From positions 288,001 through 352,000 of the forward strand of contig CAVSJV010000007.1 of the NCBI GenBank assembly GCA_963728405.1: a DNA stretch of 64,000 nt, in the 5' to 3' direction. The DNA is from Methanomassiliicoccaceae archaeon. Its GTDB lineage: Archaea > Thermoplasmatota > Thermoplasmata > Methanomassiliicoccales > Methanomassiliicoccaceae. The notes beneath the pieces are model-generated. The model was not told where the DNA came from. It did not search any database and saw only the letters and a list, made by a program, of their open reading frames with translations. Below are positions 22,442 through 32,641 of the stretch, one piece after another. The translations under genes were made by a program, and so were the position numbers. The number at the start of each line of letters is the position of its first letter. Position 1 is the stretch's first letter.

Positions 22442-22789
22442 GCGTTCAGGGTCTTGGAGGCATGGCCTCATCTTTCTTCCCAAGGTGCCATGAAGTGATG
22501 TGCTCTCCATGGTCCGATCTTTATATTTTAGAGTAGGTGGAGGGCATGGGGGGAAGGGAGGATTGAACAATTACCATCGCGATGTGCCCATCACTTCTTG
22601 ATCGTAGGTTCCTAATGCCGCCCCTGGCCTACCTAAGAGCATGGTATTGAAAGAAGGCCGCTTCCACCCCGCCGCATTAACATGTTCAGCTCGATGTCGC
22701 TGGTGAATAATGCCTGATCCAGATATCGGCGCGATTGGTGCCTTCTGAACCAATGGGGTCCTGGTGGCCGAACGTCGATCGAATGGCCA

Positions 22790-23089
22790 CTACTGCTGGG
22801 TCCGCGGAACGGTCTTCAGCTTCTCGGCGACCTTCGGCAGCAATTGGGACTTGGCCATAGTGTTCTCGACGAGCAACAGCCCCTGCTTGCTCCACCACGC
22901 CGAAGGATAGCTCTTGCCCTCCTCGATCTTCCACTGGAGGCCAAGCTTGTCCACTGCTTTGGTCAGCATCGCCATTTGAGGTTCGGGGATGGCCATGCTC
23001 TTCTTCACTCTACGGCCTTGCGCCCTAGTACGAGCGATATCAAAATACTCCGGCCACAGCACCCATGCCTTGTCCGCGTCGAAGGCCAT
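22790..23089 (-). CDS. srp19: signal recognition particle 19 kDa protein
   Basis: LWPEYFD..RTR.QGRRV, SYP..WW. Confidence 0.92.
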   Translation of the reverse strand: MAFDADKAWVLWPEYFDIARTRAQGRRVKKSMAIPEPQMAMLTKAVDKLGLQWKIEEGKSYPSAWWSKQGLLLVENTMAKSQLLPKVAEKLKTVPRTQQ

Positions 23090-23127
23090 GGTCGGTCAAT
23101 CCTGATCAAGGTATAAAGGGTTTGGTC

Positions 23128-23511
23128 TCACTCGGAGACGAGGACGGCGTTGATGGTCCCGTCCTGGCCTGGCCTCGAAGTGATCCGTGCCATCCCGAGC
23201 TCGGTCTGGATGGTAGCCCCGCGGTTCATGATGTTACGCTGAACATAGTTGGGGTTGGCCGGGTTGACCTTGACGGTGACGATCCTGACCCTCTTGATGT
23301 TGTTGGTCTTAGGGTCCACAACGTTGGCGTAGGCAGCGCTGAGCATCCTGACCTTAGAGTTGCCACCCATGGTACGATATTTTCTTAGGCTCTCCTCGCC
23401 CAGGTTGGTGAACATTGGTTCGCGCCCGATCTCGAAGCGCCGCTTCTTTCTGCTCTGGACCAGGCGGCCACCACTGGGCTTCCGCTTTGACTTGCCCTGC
23501 CATAATGCCAT
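23128..23511 (-). CDS. rps8e: 30S ribosomal protein S8e
   Basis: WQGKSKRKPSGG, SRPGQDG. Confidence 0.97.
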   Translation of the reverse strand: MALWQGKSKRKPSGGRLVQSRKKRRFEIGREPMFTNLGEESLRKYRTMGGNSKVRMLSAAYANVVDPKTNNIKRVRIVTVKVNPANPNYVQRNIMNRGATIQTELGMARITSRPGQDGTINAVLVSE

Positions 23512-23947
23512 ACTAATCCTCCTCCACTAAAATAAAGGAGATATAAAAGCTTTTGTTCTAACGCCAGGTCTGGTTGCTCGGTCAGGAGGCAGCTTTGTTA
23601 GACCGGGCTGCTAGAGCCAAGGGGATGAGATCATGAAGTGCCGTCCTTTGAGCTGCACGAACGATGTGGCCTTTGGCTATGCCTTCTGTTCTGACGGTAG
23701 GCCCCATCAAGGCAATAAATGAAGTGGAAGGAGAGCCCGGGCCAGGGATGCGGGCGCGCCCTCCAACACGATCAAGCACAGAGAGCTAAACGTCACATTT
23801 GTAACATTCAACGGGGTGGGGTTGAATCGCGATGGCCGAGAGCATCGACTCCGAACCGTTCCATATCAATCCAATGTGATCTCCGATTTTTTAATCCTTC
23901 GCCCAATAATATTATCAAAGGGACATTAGCCGAGGAGAGGCGAGTCA

Positions 23948-24184
23948 ATGTCCGAAGGCGGTCTGCTATTTCCGGTCATTTCCATCACCTCTGCGATAGT
24001 GTGCCTCTCCCTGGGCATCTACGTCCTGATCAAGAACCCCTATCTGAAGAGTTCCAAGCTGTTCATCATCCTTGCGACCATAGCGACATTGACCAGTTTG
24101 GCCATCTTTCTCATGATCATCGCTCCCGACTCCTTGGCCCTATCTAGGCGCCAGATGGCCTATGGCTGTTCAATTTTTACATAA
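23948..24184 (+). pseudogene. truncated membrane-sensor N-terminus (HisKA_7TM-like)
   Basis: Two hydrophobic helices 'LGIYVLIKNP...KLFIIL' then early stop. Confidence 0.45.
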
Positions 24185-24559
24185 TGGGAGACGGCCTTCC
24201 AATCTAGGTTGCAAGGAACAGCAATGGCCCATGGGATGCGGGGGTCGTCCTTTCGGCTCCCCTGACCCGTCTGACTACATTTATGCCCGGCCTAGGGTAT
24301 CCGGCGGGGTGAGGAGAGTTGGAGAATGAGCTACTAGAGTGCACCTAGGCTGGACCCTAGAGTCACCCCGCCCAAAACCTATGGGGACATTTATCCGAGC
24401 CGAGAAAACGGAGGGCAATGAAGCGGAACAGGTGGAGCAGCCGCCGTTGAAGCAGGAGCGATCGCATAGAGCCGCGACCCGAGGAAGCCCCGCACTACCA
24501 CGTCCTTACGCCTCCGAGTGAGCGACGAGTTGACGTACGGACCACATTCGAGGAGCAAG

Positions 24560-25899
24560 AGACCATTGCTCGCGGGATCTCAGCCGGGCTTGCGTGATCT
24601 GCGGGCATTCTCCTTACAATCATAATCCTCATGCCCGCCCTTGGTCTATCGAACGGCCCTGGGCTGGCAACGTCTTGGTTCGGCAATAGCAGCTCGAGTG
24701 AGAACGAAATCGTCGTCGATGTCGTGGACCTCTTGCTACCCGAAAGCGGCTATGAGGTCCAGGGGCAGAGCGTGGCCCGTACAACTGGGCCCCGGCATTA
24801 AAGGCGCTGAGAACCGCATTCATTGATTATCGCCAGCGGTTGAGAGCTTGCCTCTAAACATCACCACTGCAGACCACCAATATACGGCATCCCAACTTAC
24901 TGATGGTAGGACATACTCTTGGAGCGTCAGAGCAGTCATCGAGGGGCATTACGGCCCCTCCAGTGAGATTCGTTCATTCATAGTCAGGACCAGCCTCACC
25001 AACCGGAGATAATCTCTCCCGAGGAAAGGCAGTATCTTTGTCAATCAGACCCCGTGTCTGCAGTGGGGGTCGGTGAGCGGTGTAGACGATTACCGTGTGC
25101 AAGTCTCCGAGGGACCTTAATTTTACAAGGCTACTGGTCGACCTCACCATGTCATCGACGAGCTATCAACCGAATGTGATGATGCAAGAGAACACCACCT
25201 ATCATTGGCGCGTGATGGCACACCATGGGGATATCTGGAGCGAGTGGAGCGAGATACGATCGTTCTTCGAGGCGCCTTCAGTATTCCATTTCAGCCATTC
25301 CTGGACCTTCTTGAATGATGGGTCCGATTGGATCGTCGATCTCAGTATCCCGGCCGAGGACTACTACGCCGCAAGAGCAGAGACCAGAGGCTGGGTTTTC
25401 AACTATCAGGTATATGCCAAGTACGTTGCCCCGTTCCGACCGATGAAGTGGTAAAGGAGCTGTCAGCCGCCCTCAAGACTATGGCCGTGAGCAAGGGCTA
25501 TAGCCAGTACGAGACCGCGAACTTTGTTCTTTCCTTTGTCCAATCTATACGGTATTCTTTGGACAGTGATAGCGCCGGCCTTGATGATTATCCGAGGTAT
25601 CCGGTCGAGACCCTGGTCGACTCAACAGGGGACTGTGAAGACAAAGCTGCCCTCTATGCTTCGATAATCGAATCCCCGTCGTTCGGCATGGATGCCATCC
25701 TCGTAGGCTTGACCGATGGAGAGAAGGGGCACATGGCCTGTGGGCTTGTATGCCTCGCCCATTTGTCCCAGGCATGTTCTACTGGGCATGCATGTATCGC
25801 GGTAAGTCATACTACTACTGTGAAACAACTGGACAATTTCCTATGATTGGGCTGCCTTATGAGTGCTCGTCCTGGAGCTATACAATAATACCTTGTTGA
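24560..25899 (+). pseudogene. membrane-anchored protein with two FN3-like repeats and a transglutaminase-like domain, multiply frameshifted
   Basis: TM 'AGILLTIIILMPAL', 'YSWSVRA..GPSSEIRSF', 'YHWRVMA..SEWSEIRSF', 'YPRYPVETL...GDCEDKA', 'GHMA', 'YYYCETT'; start uncertain. Confidence 0.7.
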
Positions 25900-26359
25900 A
25901 CCACTTTCGGACCGGCCGCGGTAATGCTATTCTGGTGGAATGAAGCACCGGAGAAGCCACCACTGGGGACGCAAAGATAGCATGCTACACTCTGCCCTTA
26001 TAAATGAAAACCTCACCTACCCCGGAGGGGGGTTGGATATGGTCGAGTTTACGATCACGAGTATGTCAGGGGAAACGGTCGGTATAATTGATGTGACCAA
26101 CAAGGGATTCTCATACAGTATGGACGATAGCCTTGACGAGTTTCTTGGGCGCAGCTGAGGATTTGACGGAGCGCATATCGTCAGGACGCTTCGCAATGGG
26201 CGGCAATGGGTGGAGTTCAGCCCAGCGTTTATGACTACGTGATACATGTGGAGGTTCTGCTGAACCGGCACCTGGAGAGGAACGGATACAAGTTGAGCGA
26301 GAAGATGGGACCAGTACTTTCGGCCCGCCCGCGTTAGTATTATCTCCATTCATGTCTCG

Positions 26360-26912
26360 GTGAAAACGCGGCGGCCAGTGTCTTATTCCTTCAAGCTCGA
26401 TTTTCCGATCGAAACGCGGGACTCACTTTCACTGACCTCCCCCGGTAACGAACTGTCTATCAGGAGCATCTCTACCGTTCGGGGAGACCGTGAAATACTA
26501 CTGGAATTGGAGGTCCAGGGGATCCTGGGAATGAAGTATGAGCGGCAGGCCGCCATGGTCCGACCGGAACTCCGGAGGGCCTGCACACCATTGATCGAGC
26601 GAACGGACTTCATCATCGACTTCCGGGAATCTGGATATGAGACATTTGCCATCGAGCTCTGTAAGACCAGAATGCCGGAGTGCCGTGACTTTGACGGAGA
26701 ATGCCAAAGCAAGAATTGAGGCAGATCAATGCTCGACCGATTGAGGGCGAGGGTGGAGAAGCTTCGCACGAAGGGTCTGGAGCCGATCGACGCTCTGATA
26801 GTGGCCAGCGTCGAGGTCGGCGACTGAGTCGAGCAGACCGCTAAACGATTGGGCATCACCAGGCAGGCGGTGCACGCCGCTCTCCGTCGTCGTCGAGATA
26901 TTCTCTAAAGTA
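26360..26912 (+). pseudogene. hypothetical protein ending in a sigma70-region-4-like HTH, frameshifted
   Basis: ORF 26360..26719 and downstream frame 'VEQTAKRLGITRQAVHAALRR'. Confidence 0.4.
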
Positions 26913-27202
26913 GTGTGATAGCATGGAATACGCATTATCCACTGGATCGTGATCGGCCCCTGAGTACCACGATTGCCAAGTTCCTGCTGCCCCTGGGTTC
27001 GAACGAGCCAAAGGAGATGGCCGAGAAGCCCCAGCGGGACGGCTTCCGCCATATCGGGTCAGATATGAGTTTAAATAATCTTGTTAAAGAAATATGGCCA
27101 TTTGGTCAGACAAGATAGATAATGTGACCGTGTATGGGACGGATCTCAACGGTGCAGTTACGATAACGATGGGTGGGGCGAGCATCCTTCTTTTCTCACT
27201 TC

Positions 27203-27850
27203 TCAATCTTGTTCTACCCTATCCAGTAGCTTTGCCTTTGCATATGTGCCGATCTCGATCAGCGCGGCGAAACCATCCTTGGCCGCTCCGGGGTTCAGGA
27301 ACAGCGTGCCGTCCTTCTCCACCAGTCCCCTGGCCTCGTGGATGTGGCCGGAGAGGACCGCCTTGGGGGAAAACTCCCTTACCAGCTCCAGTATGGAATC
27401 GCTACCGACATGCAAGCCGGTGCTGATGGTGTCGTTGATCCCCCTGGCCGGTGCGTGGAGCACCAGGATCGCGCTCGGCTCCATCAGTGGGCGGAGGGCG
27501 GCCATGATATCGTCCTCTTCCATCTCGTACGGCGTCTCGAAGATGGTGGGATTCGATCCTCCCAGGCCGATGAAGGTGTTCTTGTCGATGACGACCTTCC
27601 GCTTATGCAAAAGGGTCCCGTGCTGTTCGATCTCGCGGCACACCAGCTCGGGCGGGTCGCAGTTGCCAGGGATGGCATAGATCGGACGAACAAGCTTGGG
27701 AAGGAACTCACCGGCCCAGCTGGCCGGACCGAAATGCGTGATGTCTCCGAGGATAATGATCGCCTCGGCGTCGTTCTCCACAGCCAGCCGGTTGGCCCAG
27801 GCGGCCACCTTGTCCCGCCCGTGGATGTCTGATAAAACCAGGAATCTCAT
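27203..27850 (-). CDS. Icc-like metallophosphoesterase
   Basis: SDIHG, GDIT, PGNCD, HAP, GHIHE, NPG. Confidence 0.9.
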   Translation of the reverse strand: MRFLVLSDIHGRDKVAAWANRLAVENDAEAIIILGDITHFGPASWAGEFLPKLVRPIYAIPGNCDPPELVCREIEQHGTLLHKRKVVIDKNTFIGLGGSNPTIFETPYEMEEDDIMAALRPLMEPSAILVLHAPARGINDTISTGLHVGSDSILELVREFSPKAVLSGHIHEARGLVEKDGTLFLNPGAAKDGFAALIEIGTYAKAKLLDRVEQD

Positions 27851-27892
27851 GCCGATCGTTCCAACATATTCGCGTTCATTGATTATGCTTTC

Positions 27893-28816
27893 TCACAGTC
27901 CCAACATGCCGAGGCCGATGCTCTGGTATGCTAGCGCATAGGCGAACAGGTAGCCCAGGATGGCACCGGTGTTCAGGAAGGGCAGCCCGGCCTGAGGTTT
28001 TCCCCGCATCACGAACCGCACCAGCAGGAGATAGCCGGCTAGGCCACCGACCAACGCCCCCAGTGCCGCCCACAGGTTGGCGGTTAGCAGGAACGATGGG
28101 GTGCTCGGCAGGAAGATCGATGCCGATACTACCAGCAGGCCAGGGATGACCGTGTCCCCTAGACCCATGAAGAACGCTTCCCGTTCCTCGTTCTCCTTGG
28201 GAAGGATGCTGCCTCTCTTCTCGAGCCGGTCCATTGAGAACCCCTTCTCCCGGGGAATGACGAACAGCACTGGCAGGCGCAACGGGGCGACCCCCTCGGC
28301 CAGGGCGATCATGTGCTTGGTCTTGTAAACCGAGATGGCGTCGTAAATGGCCATGATGATGAGCAGGATAATGACGGGGAGGATGCCCAGGGACATGCCC
28401 AGGATGGTCGTCACTCCAACTGCGATGATGAGGCCGATGCCGTCGATGACGTACCATTCTCCGCTCTTGGCCAGGAGGATAATGAGCCCGGCGGCGAGTC
28501 CCAGGGAGGCGAGCAGGGCGATGTATCCCTCCGGGTCGACCAGCAGGAATATGGGCAGGAATACGTACAGCATGGTGATGAAGATACTGGCGAAAAAGAT
28601 GGCCTGGATGATGCGCTTACGGCCATACTTGATGAGGATGAGCATGATGGCGGTCATGACCAGCACCAGGAAGATGTAAATGAACGGGTTCACCGGGTCA
28701 TTGGGATCGGGGAACGCCTGGAACTGGGGCAGGAACAGCGGGGCCAGCAATATGGCGCCCACCTGGACGAACACGTAAATCGAGGCCATGGCTAAAAGCG
28801 GAAGGCGCTTGCGCAT
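27893..28816 (-). CDS. presenilin-family intramembrane aspartyl protease (PSH)
   Basis: Multi-TM; YD (IYDAISV), GLGD, and AGLP (PAL-equivalent) motifs. Confidence 0.93.
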   Translation of the reverse strand: MRKRLPLLAMASIYVFVQVGAILLAPLFLPQFQAFPDPNDPVNPFIYIFLVLVMTAIMLILIKYGRKRIIQAIFFASIFITMLYVFLPIFLLVDPEGYIALLASLGLAAGLIILLAKSGEWYVIDGIGLIIAVGVTTILGMSLGILPVIILLIIMAIYDAISVYKTKHMIALAEGVAPLRLPVLFVIPREKGFSMDRLEKRGSILPKENEEREAFFMGLGDTVIPGLLVVSASIFLPSTPSFLLTANLWAALGALVGGLAGYLLLVRFVMRGKPQAGLPFLNTGAILGYLFAYALAYQSIGLGMLGL

Positions 28817-28905
28817 CGCGAGAACAATGTAATAATTGGTTAATAACCGTATCTTAGATGCATAAGGGACAATTGTTATCTAGTGGTCCGGCCTAGAAAA
28901 AGAAC

Positions 28906-29427
28906 GTGAACACGGGGTTAACAACTAGTCAATCCAACTATCCTGCCCGGCTGGAGAAGGCCAAGGATCTGGCGGATATCTTCGAGATCGTCAAGGACGC
29001 AGTGCACGCTCAGCTCGGTCTGTCCCGAGGGGGCCTTATGCTGGGAATCGCTGAGCTCGGCGGGGACCCCCAGTCCTGGATCGGCGGGTTCTATCCGGTC
29101 GCTACCAACATCATCGTCATGAACAAGGGGCCGATGAACCGTATCAGGGCCGAGCAGCCCGAGCTGTATAAGCCGTACTGCTTTCACATCCTCCTGCACG
29201 AGTATGTCCACACCGTCGGTTACATGGACGAGGCGCTGACCCGGCAGCGTTCGCTGGAAATCAGCGAGAAGCTGTTCGGAAAGGACCATCTGGCCACCCG
29301 GATGGCCGCGGACATCGGTCAGTTCTTTCCCTACCTGACATATGAGCTGCCGATCAAACCGCCAGAGGACCTGAACATGGAGCTGGTCAAGGGCTTTGAC
29401 CGTTCCTGCGCCAGCTATATCTTCTGA
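28906..29427 (+). CDS. conserved hypothetical protein with HExxH zincin motif
   Basis: HILLHEYVHTVGYMDE. Confidence 0.75.
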   Translation: MNTGLTTSQSNYPARLEKAKDLADIFEIVKDAVHAQLGLSRGGLMLGIAELGGDPQSWIGGFYPVATNIIVMNKGPMNRIRAEQPELYKPYCFHILLHEYVHTVGYMDEALTRQRSLEISEKLFGKDHLATRMAADIGQFFPYLTYELPIKPPEDLNMELVKGFDRSCASYIF

Positions 29428-29444
29428 ATTGCTTCCTTGACTCG

Positions 29445-29485
29445 GGCCGGGGGTGCGCTCGCACCCCCGGCCGCCTTGTTTTTTT
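29445..29485 (+). terminator. hairpin plus U-tract terminator
   Basis: Perfect inverted repeat GGCCGGGGGTGCG/CGCACCCCCGGCC followed by TTGTTTTTTT. Confidence 0.75.
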
Positions 29486-29589
29486 GCTCACAGCAATAGC
29501 AGCAGCGTCCAGTCCGGCCGATAGATGGCAGTTCTGCCGCTAGGCTGAGGAAAATGGGAAGGGCCAGTGGCCCATAAAAGGAATGGGTT

Positions 29590-30222
29590 TCAGCTCAGCT
29601 GGGCGTCCGGAGCAGGAACCGAGAAGGCCACATTGCCGGAGATCTTTTGGATCTTGACCTTCAGGCGGGTGCCCTTCGATGCGCCGGGCACATAGATGAT
29701 GTACTTGTCGAGCTTGGCCACGCCGTCGCCCTTACGGCCGACGTCCTCGACCATGACCTCATACACGCCGCCTTCTTTGATGCCCTCTTTCTCCGTTACC
29801 TTGGTGAACTTGCGCACGTTGACCGGGCGGTGGGCTCCACAGGCTTCGCATTCCAGGACCAGGATGCGTCCTTCCTTGTTGATCTTAGTATCGGGTCTTC
29901 CGCACTCCGAACATAGTACGAAGGTCTCGGTGTAGTTCAAGATCCGGTCGGCGATCTGGGCTGGGGTGAGCTTGGCCTTAAGGATGAGCCTCTGTCCTTC
30001 GATGAAACCGGGTGTCCCCAGTTCCCGCAGCAGGTACTGCAGCAGGTGGTCCGGCTCCCGGCGCAAAGCATCGATTATCTGACCGAAGTTACGGACCGTG
30101 GTCACCTTCCCTTCCAGGAAGATGTCCGCCTCGGGTACCTTGAACCTCTCGTGCTTTTCGATGGTCTCGGGCAGACTGATTTTGGCCCGCTCTAGTAAGG
30201 ATAAGTAATCGTCATCAGGCAT
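29590..30222 (-). CDS. eif2b: translation initiation factor 2 beta subunit with C-terminal TRAM domain
   Basis: ERFKVP, RELGT, CSECGRPDT..CEACGA, TRAM 'VGRKGDGVAK'. Confidence 0.95.
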   Translation of the reverse strand: MPDDDYLSLLERAKISLPETIEKHERFKVPEADIFLEGKVTTVRNFGQIIDALRREPDHLLQYLLRELGTPGFIEGQRLILKAKLTPAQIADRILNYTETFVLCSECGRPDTKINKEGRILVLECEACGAHRPVNVRKFTKVTEKEGIKEGGVYEVMVEDVGRKGDGVAKLDKYIIYVPGASKGTRLKVKIQKISGNVAFSVPAPDAQLS

Positions 30223-30265
30223 GATATCATCCTCTCAAGCGGCTCCGCTAATATAAACCTAGCTG

Positions 30266-30742
30266 TCAGCTGGAAAGCGCCTTGAACATTCGAACCGTTC
30301 TGACCAGATCGCCGTTGGGATTGACATCCTCCGATTCGGAAGATCGGAGGTAACCCAGGTGGAGATACCACTCGATGTTGCGGGGCTGCGAGGACCGTAC
30401 CTTTAACCAGATAACATCCTGTCCCGTCCGCTGGGCCTCATCCTCCAGCCACCTGACCATGGCGGTCCCGACACCTCGCCCCTGCTCCTTGCCACGGACG
30501 GCCAACCGGTGGAAGTAGAGGCCGTTCTTGATCAGATAGCGAACTGAACCGATCGCTTCTCCGTCCTGAAAGCACAGGGTAGCGCTCTCTCCGCTCTCCA
30601 TCTTCTCTCTGATCGAACCTGCGGTCTCGCTCAGCGCAGAGGTTGGGGGAACATCACACTGGTACTTTTCGAAAGCATCGATCATGATGGCGTGGACCAT
30701 CCCAGCCTCGTCCACCATTGCCCGCCTTATGAGTAGCGACAT
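30266..30742 (-). CDS. GNAT-family N-acetyltransferase
   Basis: RLAVR..QGRGVG motif A, WYLHLGY. Confidence 0.85.
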   Translation of the reverse strand: MSLLIRRAMVDEAGMVHAIMIDAFEKYQCDVPPTSALSETAGSIREKMESGESATLCFQDGEAIGSVRYLIKNGLYFHRLAVRGKEQGRGVGTAMVRWLEDEAQRTGQDVIWLKVRSSQPRNIEWYLHLGYLRSSESEDVNPNGDLVRTVRMFKALSS

Positions 30743-30770
30743 TTCACCTCGAAAGGAAATGGAAGAGGGT

Positions 30771-32405
30771 TCAGAGGTCGTGCTTGTTGGCCTGCCTCTG
30801 CTTGTATTCCAGCGCCGCTTTGACCAGTCCAACGTGCAGGGGAGACGGCTTGCGAGGCCGTGACTTGAATTCTGGGTGGAACTGCGAGGCCACAAAATAG
30901 GGATGTCCCCTCAGCTCGCCGATCTCCATCTTGATGCCGTCCTCCGATTTACCGGTAAAGATCCATCCGCAACCTTCCAGCTGCTCGATGAACTCTGGAT
31001 TGACTTCAAAACGGTGGCGATGGCGTTCCATTATCTCCGAAGCGCCATAGAGCTCCTTGGCCATCGAGCCGTCCTTGATCAGGACCTTCTGCGCTCCCAG
31101 ACGCATGGAGCCGCCCTTGCTGGTCACGCCCTTTTGCTCCGGCAACAGATCTACCACTGGATACTTAGTCTGGGGATCCAGCTCGGTGGTATGTGCGCCC
31201 TCCAAGCCGAGAACATCCCTGGCGATCTCGATAGTGGCGATCTGGAAGCCTAGACAGACTCCCAGGAAAGGTATGTTCTTCTCCCGGGCGTGCTTGGCGG
31301 TCATGATCTTACCGTCGATGCCCCTGCTTCCGAACCCGCCGGGTATAAGGATGGCATCCACGCAGGCCAGCTCCTTGTTGACGCCGTCCTGCTCTACCTT
31401 CTCTGAGTCAAAGAAGCGGCACTCGACCTTGGTCCCCAGCTCGGCGCCGGCATGATGGAACGCTTCCAGATGTGAAAGATAAGAATCGGCTAGGTGAGTG
31501 TACTTGCCTACGATGGCGATGCGGACGGTGTTGGCCGGGTACAGTATTCGGTCCAGATACTCCCTCCACTGGCTGAGGTCCTTGGTCTGCGTATCGATCC
31601 CCAGTCGTTTCAGGATGTAGTCGGTGAGGCCCTGTTCTTCGAGGATGATCGGTACCTCGTAGATCGATTTGGCATCGGGGGCGGAGACGACCGCTTCCAG
31701 CGGCACGTCGCAGAACAGCGATATCTTGCGCTTGATGGAATACTCCAAGGTCTCGCAAGCCCTTGCCACGATCACATCCGGCTGGATACCGATGGCCCGC
31801 AGCTCCTTAACGGAGTGCTGGGTCGGCTTGGTCTTCTGCTCGCCGACAGTTCCCAGCATGGGGACCAATGTCGTGTGAACGAAGATGCAGTTCTGGCCGC
31901 GCCCCATCTCAGTGTTCATCTGGCGGACCGCCTCCAGGAAGGGCATGGACTCGATGTCGCCGACAGTCCCGCCAAGCTCAACGATGCATACGTCGCATTC
32001 GGACCGCTCGGCCACGGTCATAATGCGATGCTTGATCTCATTGGTTATGTGGGGGATGATCTGCACGGTCTTGCCGAGATACTCGCCCACCCTCTCCTTA
32101 TCGATGACCGCGCGGTACACCTTGCCCGTGGTGATGTTATGATCGCTGCTGAGGCTTATGTCTAGGAATCTTTCATAGTTGCCGAGGTCCAGATCGACCT
32201 CGCCGCCATCGTCCAGTACGAACACCTCGCCGTGCTCGAACGGGTTCATGGTTCCAGCGTCAATGTTGAGGTATGGATCGATCTTGATAGCGGTGACCTT
32301 GAGACCACGTGATTTCAGAAGGCGGCCGATCGAGGATGCTGTGATCCCCTTTCCTAAGCCAGAAATGACCCCACCAGTGACGAAAATATATTTCATCGTC
32401 TCCAT
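30771..32405 (-). CDS. pyrG: CTP synthase
   Basis: [40 protein letters not shown]. Confidence 0.98.
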   Translation of the reverse strand: METMKYIFVTGGVISGLGKGITASSIGRLLKSRGLKVTAIKIDPYLNIDAGTMNPFEHGEVFVLDDGGEVDLDLGNYERFLDISLSSDHNITTGKVYRAVIDKERVGEYLGKTVQIIPHITNEIKHRIMTVAERSECDVCIVELGGTVGDIESMPFLEAVRQMNTEMGRGQNCIFVHTTLVPMLGTVGEQKTKPTQHSVKELRAIGIQPDVIVARACETLEYSIKRKISLFCDVPLEAVVSAPDAKSIYEVPIILEEQGLTDYILKRLGIDTQTKDLSQWREYLDRILYPANTVRIAIVGKYTHLADSYLSHLEAFHHAGAELGTKVECRFFDSEKVEQDGVNKELACVDAILIPGGFGSRGIDGKIMTAKHAREKNIPFLGVCLGFQIATIEIARDVLGLEGAHTTELDPQTKYPVVDLLPEQKGVTSKGGSMRLGAQKVLIKDGSMAKELYGASEIMERHRHRFEVNPEFIEQLEGCGWIFTGKSEDGIKMEIGELRGHPYFVASQFHPEFKSRPRKPSPLHVGLVKAALEYKQRQANKHDL

Positions 32406-32641
32406 GGGATTCGACAATAAGCCTGTTAGGTATTTAGCGTTTCCTGAGGTAATCGAAAAGAGACTCTGGATATATAAATTTCCAAAATGTTATTCAAAAT
32501 AGCTTAAGCTGATTAATAGAAAAATGAAAGAAATGACAGTGACGTTCGATGCAATTTGTTTTGGTGCTTAAAATCCTACCTGGAATTGGGCAGGAAGAGG
32601 CAACGATTGCCTTTCCTTGCTTCTACTTTGTTAATTACGTT

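Noticed and set aside
22450-23940. SRP RNA near srp19/rps8e
   Set aside because: No helix-8 motif (CCAGG...GGAA...AGCA) found on either strand of the flanking intergenic regions.
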